The position numbers were made by a program, and so were the translations under genes. This document shows, in pieces, positions 36,682 through 49,134 of a stretch of 64,000 nt of DNA; position 1 is the first letter of the stretch; every line of letters starts with the position of its first letter. The DNA comes from Carcharhinus longimanus. Its lineage: Eukaryota. The notes under the pieces were generated by a model. The model did not search any database and was not told the DNA's origin. It worked only from the letters and a program-made list of their open reading frames with translations. Location: contig JASCQW010000162.1 of NCBI GenBank assembly GCA_030264375.1, forward strand, positions 77,556,436 to 77,620,435. Direction: 5' to 3'.

Positions 36682-39480
36682 TTTTTTTGTGCCCAACCAA
36701 ATGAACAAAATCAAATTAACTTAGGGACAACTCAAAAAGGGCAGCTCCCTAAAAGGAGGGAACCGCTCAAAACAAAAAACCAAAACAGAAAGGAAACTTA
36801 AAACAACAAATTAAAATGTGATTAAAGAGGTCAATAATACACCTCTGTCCCTGAGGTGCTCAGTGGTCACGAAAGGCATCAACGGTGCCCGTGGACACCA
36901 CATGCTCCCTTTCCAGGGACACCTGACCGCGATATAACTGCGGTAGAGTGGCTGACAGTCAGGTTGGATGACCCCCTCGATCGCACACTGCCTGAGACCA
37001 CTGGATGGCTTGCCTTGCCAGGCCCAGGAGCATGTTCATAAGGAGGTCATCCACCCTCCCCATCCCCCTCCACACCTGGTGTCCGTAGATCAGGAGCATA
37101 TGACTGAAGTGCAAACAAAACTTCAATAAAAGATTTTTTAGTAAACTGAAAAGGTTGTGCAGCCTACAACACATAATGTAGACATGGTCCACAAACTCCA
37201 CAAAGTTGCAAAAAGGGCATGCTTGGGAGTCTGTGAACTTGTACAACCTACAATTGTACAGTACTGCTGCATGCAACACTCTCCACCCCAGGTCCCCAAG
37301 ATAGTGGGGGGAGATCCCTTCATAGAGGGACCTCCACTGGGGATCTCCGCCACCTAGCAGCAACAAGGCCTGCCAAGGTGTATCCGGGCAACGAGCAAGG
37401 ACGTGGTAGCAGAAAATGTGCAGCAGCAGCCCATACAGGAAACGACTCTGTGTGGTAGCAAAACCTGGTGTTGTCAGACTTTTTACAGTAGCAAAGGGCA
37501 CAGAGGACATTTCCGCAAGGCGGCGCAAGCTGTGGGGCACCTGACCCTGGGCAGAGGGTCTAGGTTTTGGGCCAAAATGAAATTCTGTATGAGCAGGGGC
37601 ATGCTCGGGCGGGACCCCACCGCACGCCTGTGCCTCCTCGAGATCACGTATGCCCTCAGGTCCGAGCACGACCGCCCTAAGGTCTTGAATGACTTTGGCC
37701 GTATGCTGGACGACCATCCTCATGCACTCAGCCAGCTTGTGGCGGTTCATCCAGACCATTCCACCGCCACCCAGCACATCCCCAATCCTGGTCATCCCGG
37801 CTTCCACGGCCCTTCTCTCCACCAGCCACCTGAAGTTATATGACTGGAGGAGCGGATTCCTGAACAGTGGCTGTCACACGAGAGCCGCTACTCCTGACAG
37901 GGGAGAGCTGCGTCGCAAGGCAACCACGTTCCAGACCGTGAGGAGGTCCTGGTAAAAGACAGGCAATGCCTACAAGGGGGTCAGAATATGCCTGAGATTT
38001 ATGTAAGGAGCTGCATGTCATAATTCAGGCCGTGCACCTGGCGGGAGAAATACATCACCAGGGCACACCATAAAGGTATCCCTGCAGAGTCTGGAGGTGG
38101 AAGGACGCCTCTTGGGTGCGAAGGCACACCAATGCCTGACCACCCTCCCCAAATGCAGAACCTCAGCAGAGACCCAATGCAGTCGGTTGTCCCAGAAGAA
38201 CCGGATGAGGGTTCTGTGGATATTGGTGACAAAGCCGGGCGAGGGGTCAAAGTGACCAGCTGGTACCACAACATGGTGGCGAGCAGCTGGTTTATGACGA
38301 GAGCAGCACTCAGAGCAGTCCTGTCCAGTGACTCAGACAAGTAGTGACTTCGGTCTCCAACTCCTGCCAGTTCACTGGCCAGGATTCCTCAGCCAGGCAA
38401 GGATGGACCTCAAGTAGAGGAAATTGGTCCTGCTTCAAATGAAAGGCTTGAGCTCCTCCAGGAGGGCGGTCAGGCACTGGTGTGCCTTCCGCCTGCCATG
38501 GACCAATCAGGAGCCCAGAGCACTTGGCCCAGTTGATCCTGGCAGAGGGCGCGGCAGAGTACACCGCCTGGCACTCTCGCATCTTCCACACGTCAACCAG
38601 GTCCGTGAACATGAGGAGCACATCATCGGCATAAGCTGACAGAACCACCCCTATGTCTGGGCCATGCAGAGTCAAACCCAACAATCTCCACCACAAGAGG
38701 TGCAGGAATGGCTCCATGCAAATCGAATACAGTTGGCTGGACAAGGGGCAGCCCTGCCGCACTCCTCTCCCAAAGTGAAGAGCGCCATCAGGGATCCGTT
38801 AACCTCAATCAGACACTCTGTGGCAGAGTATAGTAATAGGATCCAGGCAACAAAGTGCGTCCTGAACCCGAAGGCCTGCAGAGTTCCGCGTAGATACTCA
38901 TGATCCACCCTGTCAAACGCCTTCTCCTGATCAAGGGGCAGGAAGGCGCTCGACAGACCAACCCTCTGGGAGTGGTGGATCAAGTCCCAGACCAGATGGA
39001 GGTTGTTGTGGATAGAGCAGCCCGGGGACCATGTAGGACTGGTCAGGGTGGATCATGTGGTCCAGTATGGAGCCAAGGCGTAATGCCATAGCCCTGGTGA
39101 TGATTTTGTAGTCTGTGCTGAGGAGGGAGACCAGGCGTCAGTTCTTAATGAGGTGGAGATCCTCCTTCTTGGGCAGCAGGGCAATGACGGTCCTGCGCAA
39201 AGAGAGGGGCATCTCCCTAGTTGCAAGACTCTCCCCCAGGACCCTTGCATAGTTGTTGCCCAGGGCATCCCAGAACGCTCTGAAGAATTCCATGGTCAGC
39301 CAGTCCAGCTCTGGGGATTTCCCCCTGGAGAGGTTGTCGAGGGTGCCAGTCAGCTCATCCAGGCTTATATGAGTGTTAAGCTTGCCAATGCCCTCCAGGC
39401 TGACCTGCGGTAGGTCCTCCCATCAAACTCTGCAGGCATCCTCGTTGGACAGATCTGAAGAGAAGAGGGCAGTTCAGTAA
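36682..39480 (-). mobile_element. Tx1-clade (L1-group) non-LTR retrotransposon, 5'-truncated, decayed ORF2
   Basis: RT motifs LDQEKAFDRVDHEYL, RQGCPLS..Y..CMEPFL, SAYADDV; C-terminal zinc knuckle CPFC..E..DHVY..C; A7 tail at 36682-36688. Confidence 0.88.
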
Positions 39481-39933
39481 TCTCGGTGGGGGCACGAAGG
39501 AGTCCCCTACCTGGTTCCAGGCAGACTCCAAAACTGTCCCCATGCCCACTTCCAAGCAGCCCTCCTCCTCAAGGCAGTCGCCCTCTGACTCCGGGTCTCC
39601 TACCACAGTGCGTATGGCAGGCGGCATGGAGCCACCAACCATTCCTAGCTCCCCCTCAATCCCACCCCAGGATAGACAGAGGAGGGGTTATCAAAATCCT
39701 TTTTTTCCACATCTCCAGTAACAGTGCACAGAGCACTGTCACTCAGCAGTCTATCTTCCTGGGAGACCAGGTGTATTGAGTATGGCCTATCAAGGGCCCA
39801 TTGGCAACAAATAATTGTGAGAGATTTTGAAGCTTGCATTCAGTTGAGCATCATTCATCCCTCAGGATGCCGATTGGTTGCCATTCAATAGGCTGCTGTC
39901 TCCAGGGGGGCTCCTAATGGATTAGCTGCTGTG

Positions 39934-40175
39934 ATGATGTGGGTATGCCGGCGTTGGACTGGCGTAAACACAGTAAAAAGTCTGACAACACCAGGTTTTA
40001 GTCNNNNNNNNNNNNNNNNNNNNNNNNNNNNNNNNNNNNNNNNNNNNNNNNNNNNNNNNNNNNNNNNNNNNNNNNNNNNNNNNNNNNNNNNNNNNNNNNN
40101 NNNCGAAAGCTTGTGAGAATATTATCAAATAAATAGGTTGGACTAAAACCTGGTGTTGTCAGACTTTTTACTGTG
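39934..40175. mobile_element. Short Penelope-like insertion with inverted terminal segments (centre in N-gap) and 12-bp TSD
   Basis: acacagtaaaaagtctgacaacaccaggttttagtc and its exact reverse complement flank the gap; TTAGCTGCTGTG is repeated at 39922-39933 and 40176-40187. Confidence 0.7.
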
Positions 40176-41308
40176 TTAGCTGCTGTGTCCAGGGAGGGTG
40201 CAATCCTCAAGGCCCCCATTCAAGAAAGGGAATGATCACAAGCTGGGGGTTTTGCATGTCAGTTTTCTGCAGGACAGCAGTGAGGACAGTATGTTCAAGG
40301 GATGGAGGGATTACATTCCTGCATTATCCGGATCCGTGGAGGCATGAGGTGAGTGAGCAGCAATGTCTGTGTGCATGGGGAGGGGGTTTAGGGCCAGCAA
40401 TGAGGCCAGTGATGCTCTGTGGGGGGTGAGGGAGTTGTGGGGTCCAAGCAATGAGGCCAGCAATGTCTCTGTAGGAGGTTGTGGGGGCCAGTAATGTGTG
40501 TGGGGGAGAGGTTGTTGGGGCCAGTGATGAGGCTAGTGATGTCTGAGGGGTTTGGATGGCAGTGATCAGGATGTTGGAAAGTCTTTTCCGCGATCTCTCA
40601 GCAATGTGTGCATGTGCGGGTTCCTGCTCATCCTGCTGATTTCAAGCTCTTTGTCCCCACCCCCCAAATGTTTAATGATATTCACGACTGGGCCCTCTGT
40701 ATTGCACAGAGTGGGGAGATTCAGGTAAGAAGCTGAACTGAGAAAACAGTCGGGATTTAGAACAGTTTTCCTGCCAATTCAGCACTTCTGGGAGAATTGC
40801 CCCCTATATCAGTCTCTTTCTATCTTTATCACTACTTTGGAAGAGTTGCTGATTCCTGCCTTTTCCCCTGATGCTGGCCGACTGTTTGCTATAACCTATT
40901 GTGCCAGGACCAGGCACCACTCCCCCTCAGCTTGATTAAATAATGAGCAGCAGTCACATGAGCATTCCAACAGTTGCCAATTATAGCACCCCTACTACCA
41001 ACTGGGGGGATTAATTAACCCAGATCCTGGGGCTTATAATCAGACTGGTTCTATTACATGATAAAATGAAAAGCAAAATACTGCAATGCTGAAAGGTTCT
41101 GATAAGGGTTGTTGACCTGAAACATTATCCCTACCTTCCTGCTGTCTCCACGGATTCTGCCAGAAATGCTGAGCGTTTAACATTTTCTGCTTCTAGATTA
41201 ATTACATAGTGGTTTTACTGGGACAGCCATCAGGGAGCCTCTCTCTTCGCTGACTAATAATTTAAATAGCTTTCCATTTTATATCTCAAGAGTGTCTAAG
41301 CTTCATGG

Positions 41309-42514
41309 GCACACCATTTCACAGTACAATAGTGTGTGTCAACCTTGATCAGGGGTGCTGTGCAGGATCTCAGGCAGTATCCCAGTAGACAAGGGCAAAT
41401 ATTTCTTAGTGGAGTCACAGTTTGAGAGTCAGACTCCCAACAGAGAGGCTACAACAGTGAGTTTCCTTCTGAAGGAACCAGATGACTGCCCCAGTCAATA
41501 CACGGGCCAGCATGAAACTGAATCCAACTGACTAGGAAGATTTCAAGCTTTGTGGCTGTTTGGCATGTAACCACGGAGACCCGACCAATGCTCCTATTAA
41601 TTTGCCATGTATCACGAACTGGGACTGCAGCAATTTTGAGCACAGCAGAAACCCACAAACAGCAACGATGAATGACCAGATTCTGTCTTAGATGTTTGAA
41701 TTTTAAACTTAGGATTTATCAGCCAATAAAGTAAATCTCCAGAAATTTCAAACCAGTGAATAAGAAATACAATTACATGAGTTATTTGGATGCCCAGGGC
41801 TTTGGGCTGCAATCTGGACAGTCTTAGTTTATCTGTGCTGTTAGCCCAATATTCCTTCACAAACTGTGAATTATTCTGAATAAAAGAATACTTTCTAGCC
41901 TCCACCACTTCAACGGGCAGAGAATTCCAGAGATTCACCACCCNNNNNNNNNNCCATTGGACATTCCTATATTTAATTTGAACTGACTCCTAATTATATT
42001 TTTTTCTTCAGTGCTGGGAGTATGGAATTCCTCTCTGCCGGGAATTGGCCAGTCAATACGAAGTGCTCTATGATTATCATAGTCTCAGCTGGATTCGGGT
42101 ATGTATGTGAAGCTATTAAGACCACAGGTGCTCAAAGCCATTCCTTCAGAACAAAATTAATCTTATTTAAGTTTTTATTTGGATTTAATATCTGTAGTGA
42201 CACTGATGGGTCAGAGAAAAACACACAAGTGATTTGCAGCAGAAGTTCACAAGAAGTTAAGGGTGGCATATTGTTTTGCAAACTGCCAGCACACCATTTC
42301 ACAGTGTGACACAGTCTGTGCCAACCTTGATCGGGGTGCTATGCAGGATCTTAGGCAGTACCCCAGTAGACAAGGGCAAATATTTCTCAGTGGAGTCACA
42401 GTTTGAGAGCCAGACTCCCAACAGAGAGGCCACAACAGTGAGTTTCCTTTTGAAGGAACCAGTCAATACACGGACCAGCATGAAACTGAATCCAACTGAC
42501 TAGGGAGATTTCAA
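41309..42514 (+). repeat. Pair of ~230-bp direct repeats (41309-41546 and 42289-42514) flanking a DOCK3 exon
   Basis: Long identical blocks, e.g. cccagtagacaagggcaaatatttct, agtggagtcacagtttgagag, ccagcatgaaactgaatccaactgactagg; one 13-bp indel. Confidence 0.92.
42012..42098 (+). CDS. DOCK3: DOCK3 coding exon: CWEYGIPLCRELASQYEVLYDYHSLSWIR (87 nt, phase 0-0)
   Basis: tttttcttcAG acceptor, GTATGT donor; in frame with the previous exon; matches DOCK3 WEFGIPLCRELA.QYE.LYDYQSLSWIR. Confidence 0.93.
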
Positions 42515-43549
42515 TTCAACCCTCTCTCTGTCTTGGTTCAGTAAGCTTCAAACTATTAACTTACAAAAATCCATAAAGCCCAATTTAAACTTTTCAATTG
42601 ATCTAGTCTTTTGGGCAGAGAGTTTTGAGTGAATTCAATCCAATAAATCCAGGCCATGATAATGGAGCCAAGAACTTCTATTAAGTCAGCCTGGTTTCTG
42701 CACAGGGCAGACATTGCCCAAAGCCTGATAACTGCCAGCAGCTTTTTAGGGAGAGAATTCCAGATTTCCACCATCCTTTCTGTGAAAATACCCCTGAATA
42801 GCCTAGCTCTAATCCTGTTGTCTAATTCTCTTCCCAGCAGAGAAAATCATTTCTCTCCACCAATCTTTCCAACTCATTTAATCATCCTAAACATCTCAAT
42901 TAAATCACTCCTTTATCTTCTGCATTCAAGGGAATACAATCATTGCCTGTAAAACCTGTCTAGCTCAAAAAGAGTCATTGGATGGTAACCAGATGCAGGA
43001 GATCTGGTTGTTTATTTTCTTTATCCGTCCCTGAACTAGCAGCACTGAGGACAATCCCGTTGTCTCAACTGTCATCCTGATCAGCATCTGTTAATTAAGT
43101 GCACAAGAGGACTGGACCGCTTCCTGGTTTGAATGAATCGGTACCACAGAGCAAGGGATGGATAACTTAAATGTAACATGTAGCATTTTGACCATCAAGC
43201 AACCACTGGGTGGATTAATAATAAATGGTTTATTGAGATAAATTACTTTTTACAGAGGGTGGTGAAAAGGCTGCCATACTTCATAGCTCCAGACTCCCTA
43301 ACAACCAAATAAACCCTGTACTCTGTCCTTGGAACCGCATCTTCCAACCTCTTTGGCTGACTGTGTCGTAAAACCCACTGAGAGCTCACCCCTAAAAGAG
43401 GCATGCAGCTACAATAAGCCTTTATTATAATTGGCACAGTTGTAGATCCTACATGTATTTGCATTGTCATACAATAGAGCGTTGGCTGTAAAGGTCCCTG
43501 ACATCAGTTACCCTAACATTGATTAATGAACAAAACTCTTTTCTCATAT

Positions 43550-44302
43550 CTGATGCCTGATTTTCCCGACCTGCTCTGTTGCTTGAGGTAACACAGCGGG
43601 CCGAGAAATATAAGCAGGGGCCTGTAGGGGGATTGGCAATTGGCGTCAAGCCAATCGCAACTTTCCCAGGCCAATTTTTAAAATCGTAATCAGCCTTGCA
43701 CCAGAAGTCAGTGTGAGTCTGATTACCATACGGGAATCAGAATTTCATTCATTAGCAAGCCCGGGATGGTATCTTCCAGGCTCACTAATGTTTCTGACCT
43801 CTCTGGGAGAGGTTACCACCAGCTGGTCCCCATCAATGGGAAGGGGGGGACAGGAATGGTGACCTCATGGTAGAGACAGAGGCTAATGAGGCTGGGAGGA
43901 AGGGGATGCCTGTTGGCACTGTCAGCCTGGCACTGCCCATTGGACATGCTGGCACAGCCCATCGGGCAGTGCCAAGGGGGAGTGGCCTGAGGGGGGCTCA
44001 GACAAGCTGGCAATTAGGAGGGGGAATCAGGGATGACATCAGGAAGCTGGTGATTGTGGGGCGGGGGTGGTGCTCTTGCACATGCCTCCCTCTCGGGAGA
44101 TTGGCGCATGTGCAGTGGCCCGCTCAACGTGTTGATGCTGGCCTCTTGGGTGGGATTAGGTCCTGCTAACTCCTCCTCCTCCTCCCCCCCTTCTTACAAC
44201 CATGAATGCCCTGGCAAGCTCTATAATGCACAGAGTGCCAGAAATTTATCCAATTTTCCCACCCGGTAGACACTTAATTTCTGATTTGGAAAATCACCCC
44301 CC
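43550..44302. mobile_element. Non-autonomous Harbinger-type element
   Basis: Ends gcctgattttcc..ggaaaatcaccccc; shares ggcactgccc/gggcagtgcca internal motifs with 420-1297. Confidence 0.45.
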
Positions 44303-45147
44303 TGATGTTTCAGAGGAAAAAACAGCCTGTCAGAATGCTATTTCCTTTCCAAAGGGAGAATGCATTTAAGGAGTGATTCTAAGAACCAAGAGGTTGTCAC
44401 ATTCAGAAGTAGGGCACTTTAACCATGATTCTCTTTCCTGCACTTGCTGTGAGTGTAGCCACTAACCAAGAAAATAGAATGGCATCTTTCCCTTATACAG
44501 TGGCACAGAAACAGTATGTTTAGTCACATCGCTGAGAGGATTCCCCTGTAGCCTTATAAGTAACAAGAGTACTCAGTGTGACACTTAAACACAGACTAAA
44601 GGTTCTAGGCTTCATTCCCTGCCCATGTAAGATTAGGATTAAGATCTCAGTCTTAATAGATAATCATGGTGCAATAAACACCCTAAGCAATGGAAGGGGA
44701 AAATCAGCCAGCCTATGTGTTTCTGGACAACATATGTTTTTGTGTCTATTATTAAGTAAGGGTGTTGTGAAATTTTTGTTCAAAAGGTGGATAAATGGAT
44801 TGATCAGTCATCGCAGTATAGGCTTGAATGTTTGAATGACTACCTGCTGTTCCTATGTAGATCATGAGCAAGAGTGGGATAGGGCTTGATAGTGAAGCCC
44901 ATTATTGTTGACCAGACTCATGAAAACTACTGTCTAGATTCTCACATGATAATTGGCTGAGTGAGGAGGCTGAAGAGTTACCAATGTTTGTGGAACTGCA
45001 CTTTACAGGAGATAGCACCTTCAGTAAGAAAAGTCAGTTACTGAAGTATTGGTAATAGAAAGCTCTTTTTTCAAACCATTCCATTTTTAGGGTTGCAGTC
45101 TTGTGGAATTAGGCTCTAATCACCAGTTTTTCTTCCACTGTTAACAG

Positions 45148-45252
45148 AAAATGGAAGCTGCATATTATGACAACATATTAGAACACCAGCGCTTGGAACC
45201 AGAATTCTTTAGGGTTGGGTTTTATGGTAGGAAGTTTCCATTTTACCTGCGG
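45148..45252 (+). CDS. DOCK3: DOCK3 coding exon: KMEAAYYDNILEHQRLEPEFFRVGFYGRKFPFYLR (105 nt)
   Basis: ttaacAG acceptor, GTAAGT donor; DOCK-A/B motif PEFFRVGFYG.KFP. Confidence 0.94.
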
Positions 45253-45992
45253 GTAAGTCCTGTTTGCTATTATCCATGCCTTGTGTTTGGTGCATCTTCA
45301 GAGGCTTTTTTCTTTCCCTAAGCATCTAACTTTCCTGATTGCTCTGACAGATCACAGGGAAATATCAATAAAGAAAGTTATTCTGCCCTAGCTCAACCTT
45401 CCAATGGAAAACTAAATGTTCCTTCCCCTCCAGCTTCTTGAACATTTGCCTCTTCCAATTAAAATCATCCTGCTACACCAGGGTGGATAGCATGGGCCAG
45501 GCACAATGGTATCTACCTAGCAAAGGTCGCTTCCAAGGCAATTATTCTGGATAGTGTTGCACTGATTCCACCTAACACCTTCACTTCAAATTCAGTTTAC
45601 TTTCCACAATCTGAATTAAGACTCCTCCACCTATTTCAATGCAGACTCAAACTGGATCCTGGTTCCAATTACTTCCTTCATATCAAATTTCATTATCTCA
45701 TCTCAGAAACTCACTTTCCATTTCTCTTCCTGGCCATTACTTCCAGAGTCAGCCAAGGATCTGTCCTTAATGCTCCTCTAGTTCCTCGCACCCCCACCTG
45801 CACATACAGCCACTTACCACATCATCCAAAGCCAAAGACATGAACTCTGATTTCATTGTTCTCTACCTCTCCATCATACCTCTCCCATCACTGTCTCTGT
45901 ATTGTCAGCTTACTTGTTCAATGTGCTATCTTGAATAGGCTGCAATTTCTTCCAATTGAACATCGCAAAGGGAGGGACAAGAATCTGGGCAG

Positions 45993-47100
45993 CTTACTTG
46001 AAACATCTCCAATGAGTGGAGAATTGGCAGGTGCTCACTTCTATGCTGTAGCCTGACCACGCTGTCACTGATGGTCCAGGTCCCGCCTCTCCCGCAAACT
46101 CCAGTGCCCGCTCCTCAAAGGGGCTGAGAACCCAAATCTCAGGCACACCATCTCCTGCCTTCACCCTTTCCTGGCAATTAAGGGGATCCTTCTCCTGTAG
46201 GGACAGGAGGACCCATGTAAAATTTAATGACATGATTCCTGCAAGGTATCAGGAGGTGGCCCTCAGAGGGCAAAAGTTGTGATACACTGGGGGGGTTGCG
46301 GGTGGAGGGAGGTGCTTCAGGGTCAGGGATTGGAGGATCTAGGAGTCATTTGGGGGAAAATGCTGGATGAGGTTAAACACTCACCCTTGCTGCCCAGATT
46401 AGGTCATTCAGTTTTTCTGTGGCACTGCTTCCCTGGCCAGTGCCCTGACACTAATGTATGCTGCCATCACCTCCCAGGCTGCATTTCGATCTCTTCCCCT
46501 GGAACAGCGTCCTGCTGAGGGTAAGACGGTTCCCGCCTTGCCTCTATTGCATCCAGCAACCTGCTCAGATCTGCATTAGAAAAACAGGGAGCTGTGTTCC
46601 TGGAGGCCATTTCTTCCTGCACTGCCTGCCTGCCTGTCAGTACATCCTTGGCGGTTTTATGGAGCTCTGCTTTGTGAGGGCAGATCAGCTGCAGGCAGTT
46701 TGGGTGAGTCGCGCCCATTGGAGTATTCTTGTGATATTAATGCAATTTGCCTTGTTGCCATGGAAGAGAAGCCAAGTCAGCACTTGCAGGTGTGCTGATG
46801 GAGGGGCAGGGGCTGTGGAATTTGTGCTTTTGTAATGATCGGGCGGGGGGGGCAGGAGAGAGAAAGGGTCATGTCAACCAGCCATCGGGGCCAGGGGATG
46901 ATGAGGGGACCATGTGCAAGAGATTCAGTAATGCTAGGGGATGGGGGGGAGCGGACTCCAATCTCTGTGGGGGAGAGGAGGAGGCTGTATGTGGCCTGGG
47001 GATGTTCTGTCAGGAGAGCTGCTTTTTTTTTTGGCTTTTTCTGTTCATGTGTATTTGTGATTCCAACTTGATCTGCTGGCTGTCTGGTGAATTCAGCCCC
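45993..47100 (-). mobile_element. Harbinger relic with Myb/SANT gene first exon
   Basis: MASRNTAPCFSNADLSRLLDAIEARRE.. followed by an agg|gtgagt donor near 46383; TIR-like ggtgaattcagcccc at the right end. Confidence 0.65.
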
Positions 47101-47109
47101 TCCCACTGC

Positions 47110-47945
47110 CTCCAGTGGCTAGAAACAGGATAGCCATATTTTCAAAGACTGAGTACATAAAATTTGGCATGAAATTACTCAAAGGTTGCAGACTTTTTAA
47201 AGTTATCAGAATGATTGCTCCCCTATGATTTTGACCACAGCGTCTGTGTCTACCTCCATTTTAAGAGATCTGCCATTGACTATCAAGATAATTTCTGTAG
47301 ATGGCACCTTGTTGAGTTGGACCTGATTTAAAGTATACAATTCAGATCCCTTGTTGGGCTCCTCATCCAATTTGTATAATGGTATTAAACTAACTGTTGA
47401 TTTTTTTGTGTGTTCTGTCCTGTCTGCTTCATTCTGCACCATGCTTATAAAAGACCCTTCCTCTTGCAATGGAAATATACATAATTTCTGCACTGCAAGT
47501 TCCCTACAACAAAAACAAGCTTCCTCATCCAGTGCTGTACCATTCCTCTTAGGCTCTGCTGCATCTTAACTTGGGCTGTTCCTCCCAGCAGCTGTTTCCT
47601 GCCACAAGTGTTTCACCTCATTGGGTACACTTTATAATTCACTTGTACCCTGGTCACTACATTTAATCACCTGGGTCAACTGTGTAACTCTTTCCAAAGA
47701 GATTTTGGTCTCAACCAGCAGTTTTGTTTTGTATTGTGAGGCTATTGATCCCACAGGCCAAACAGTCTCTTAATATTTTCCCCAAAAGCTGAACCAAATT
47801 CACTATGCTGTACTAACCTTCTCAATCTGGCCATGAAACCAGAAATGGTCTTCCCTGACAGCGGAATTAAATTTATACCTCAACATGATGATTGAAAGTT
47901 GGGGTTAAAATGATCTTTAACCTTTTCCACTATCTGGTCAAAAGA
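47110..47945 (-). mobile_element. Ty3/Gypsy LTR retrotransposon gag-protease fragment
   Basis: VNGRSLKMEVDTDAVVKII (degenerate aspartic protease DTGA); upstream gag-like RYKFN.., LRDCL.CGIN.., KLLVE. Confidence 0.7.
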
Positions 47946-49027
47946 CTTTGGGCGTAATCTTACCGGCCATTCATGCCATGCTCTTGCTGGAGCGAGGTCA
48001 GAGACTTTGGCACCCAATTTGTCATGAACAACTCCTTGCACAGGAAAACCAATGGATTTCAGGTAGATGAAACAGTATTTTTGGTCAAGTCTGTGTGTTT
48101 CCTGAACATGTGTGTGTGTTGAATGTCTGTGCTGGATGGCTTTCTATGCGCTGTGTCTGTGTCTGTTTTTCTGCTGAATGTGCCTATGAGTGCTATGTTT
48201 GTGTATCACTTTGTCTCTTTTTAAAATAAATGCAATTCCTTTCATAGCCCATGTGGTTAGACTGTCCTCTAGTGGTAATATGGTTAGTACAGTGAAAGTT
48301 TGTCAAGTCTAAAATAGCAAATCTTACTTGAAGTGGTGCTGCTAATCAGATAGTACACTGGAACTGCATAGAATCAAAATCACATGGACATACTCACTGA
48401 GAGACATATCAGTTGATTTTTCCCAAGTCCTAATTTCTGCTGTACTGTCAGGTGTCCAGCCCCAATAGTTGGTTTCTGCTGCAGGGTCAGGTGTCCTGCC
48501 TACTACTGGTTTTGACAGTGACCATCCAATAACCTGGGTATGCATAGCAGACAAAAATGGCCTATTTTCCCAGTGCTGTATTTTTTTAGAAGGGCTGGAT
48601 TAGCCTCCTGTGCACATGTGCTATCAAACCAACTCCCAATTTTGTAACTGAGTGTTATAACTAGATTAGGAGGGGTGAGCTGACTCCTCTCTTTGTTCCA
48701 CGCCTGGGTTGGTTATAACAGAGTTGAATTTTTTTAAAAATGTGAAATTCCCAATTCCACATGTACTAAACTCTGTACAGTTCGTTGTAAGAATTGAGCT
48801 AAAGGTAAGGAGTTTTAATACTAAAACTCAGGTAAAGGTACTGAAATTATTATCAAAAATGTTTAAAATGTATGGACATGTTCAACTGCTCACTAATGCA
48901 TAAAAACTCCCCAGTCATGCACAAAAAGAAATAACACTTTACAATGCATCAGGTGTTAGAACTTGGCCAAGTAAATGAATAGGTAAAGTCAGAAAAATTA
49001 TTCACAATTGTCTGAATGCTTTTTCAC

Positions 49028-49134
49028 ACTAGTTTTTCTTCCACTGTCAACAGAAAATGGAAGTTGTGTATTATGACAACATATTAGAGTTGAAGTGTCT
49101 GGAGCCAGAATTCTCTTGGATTAGGTTTTATGGT
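49028..49134 (+). pseudogene. Diverged partial duplicate (pseudo-exon) of DOCK3 exon 45148-45252, including its splice acceptor
   Basis: agtttttcttccactgtcaacag|AAAATGGAAG.. matches agtttttcttccactgttaacag|AAAATGGAAG..; translates KMEVVYYDNILELKCLEPEFSWIRFYG versus KMEAAYYDNILEHQRLEPEFFRVGFYG; similarity stops before the native donor. Confidence 0.88.

Larger units (their letters stand above)
31936..40804. mobile_element. PIF/Harbinger DNA transposon relic (transposase + Myb/SANT gene) with nested insertions; right boundary uncertain
   Basis: Left GGGGGCGATTCTACCA versus reverse complement of right end GGGGGCAATTCTCCCA (14/16); convergent transposase and Myb-like genes inside. The right TIR could belong to a related MITE instead. 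Confidence 0.65.

Noticed and set aside
40330-40570. Short repeated units (gggccagcaatg/gggccagtgatg) resembling a spacer-repeat array
   Set aside because: Irregular degenerate minisatellite within a transposon in a vertebrate intron; not CRISPR.
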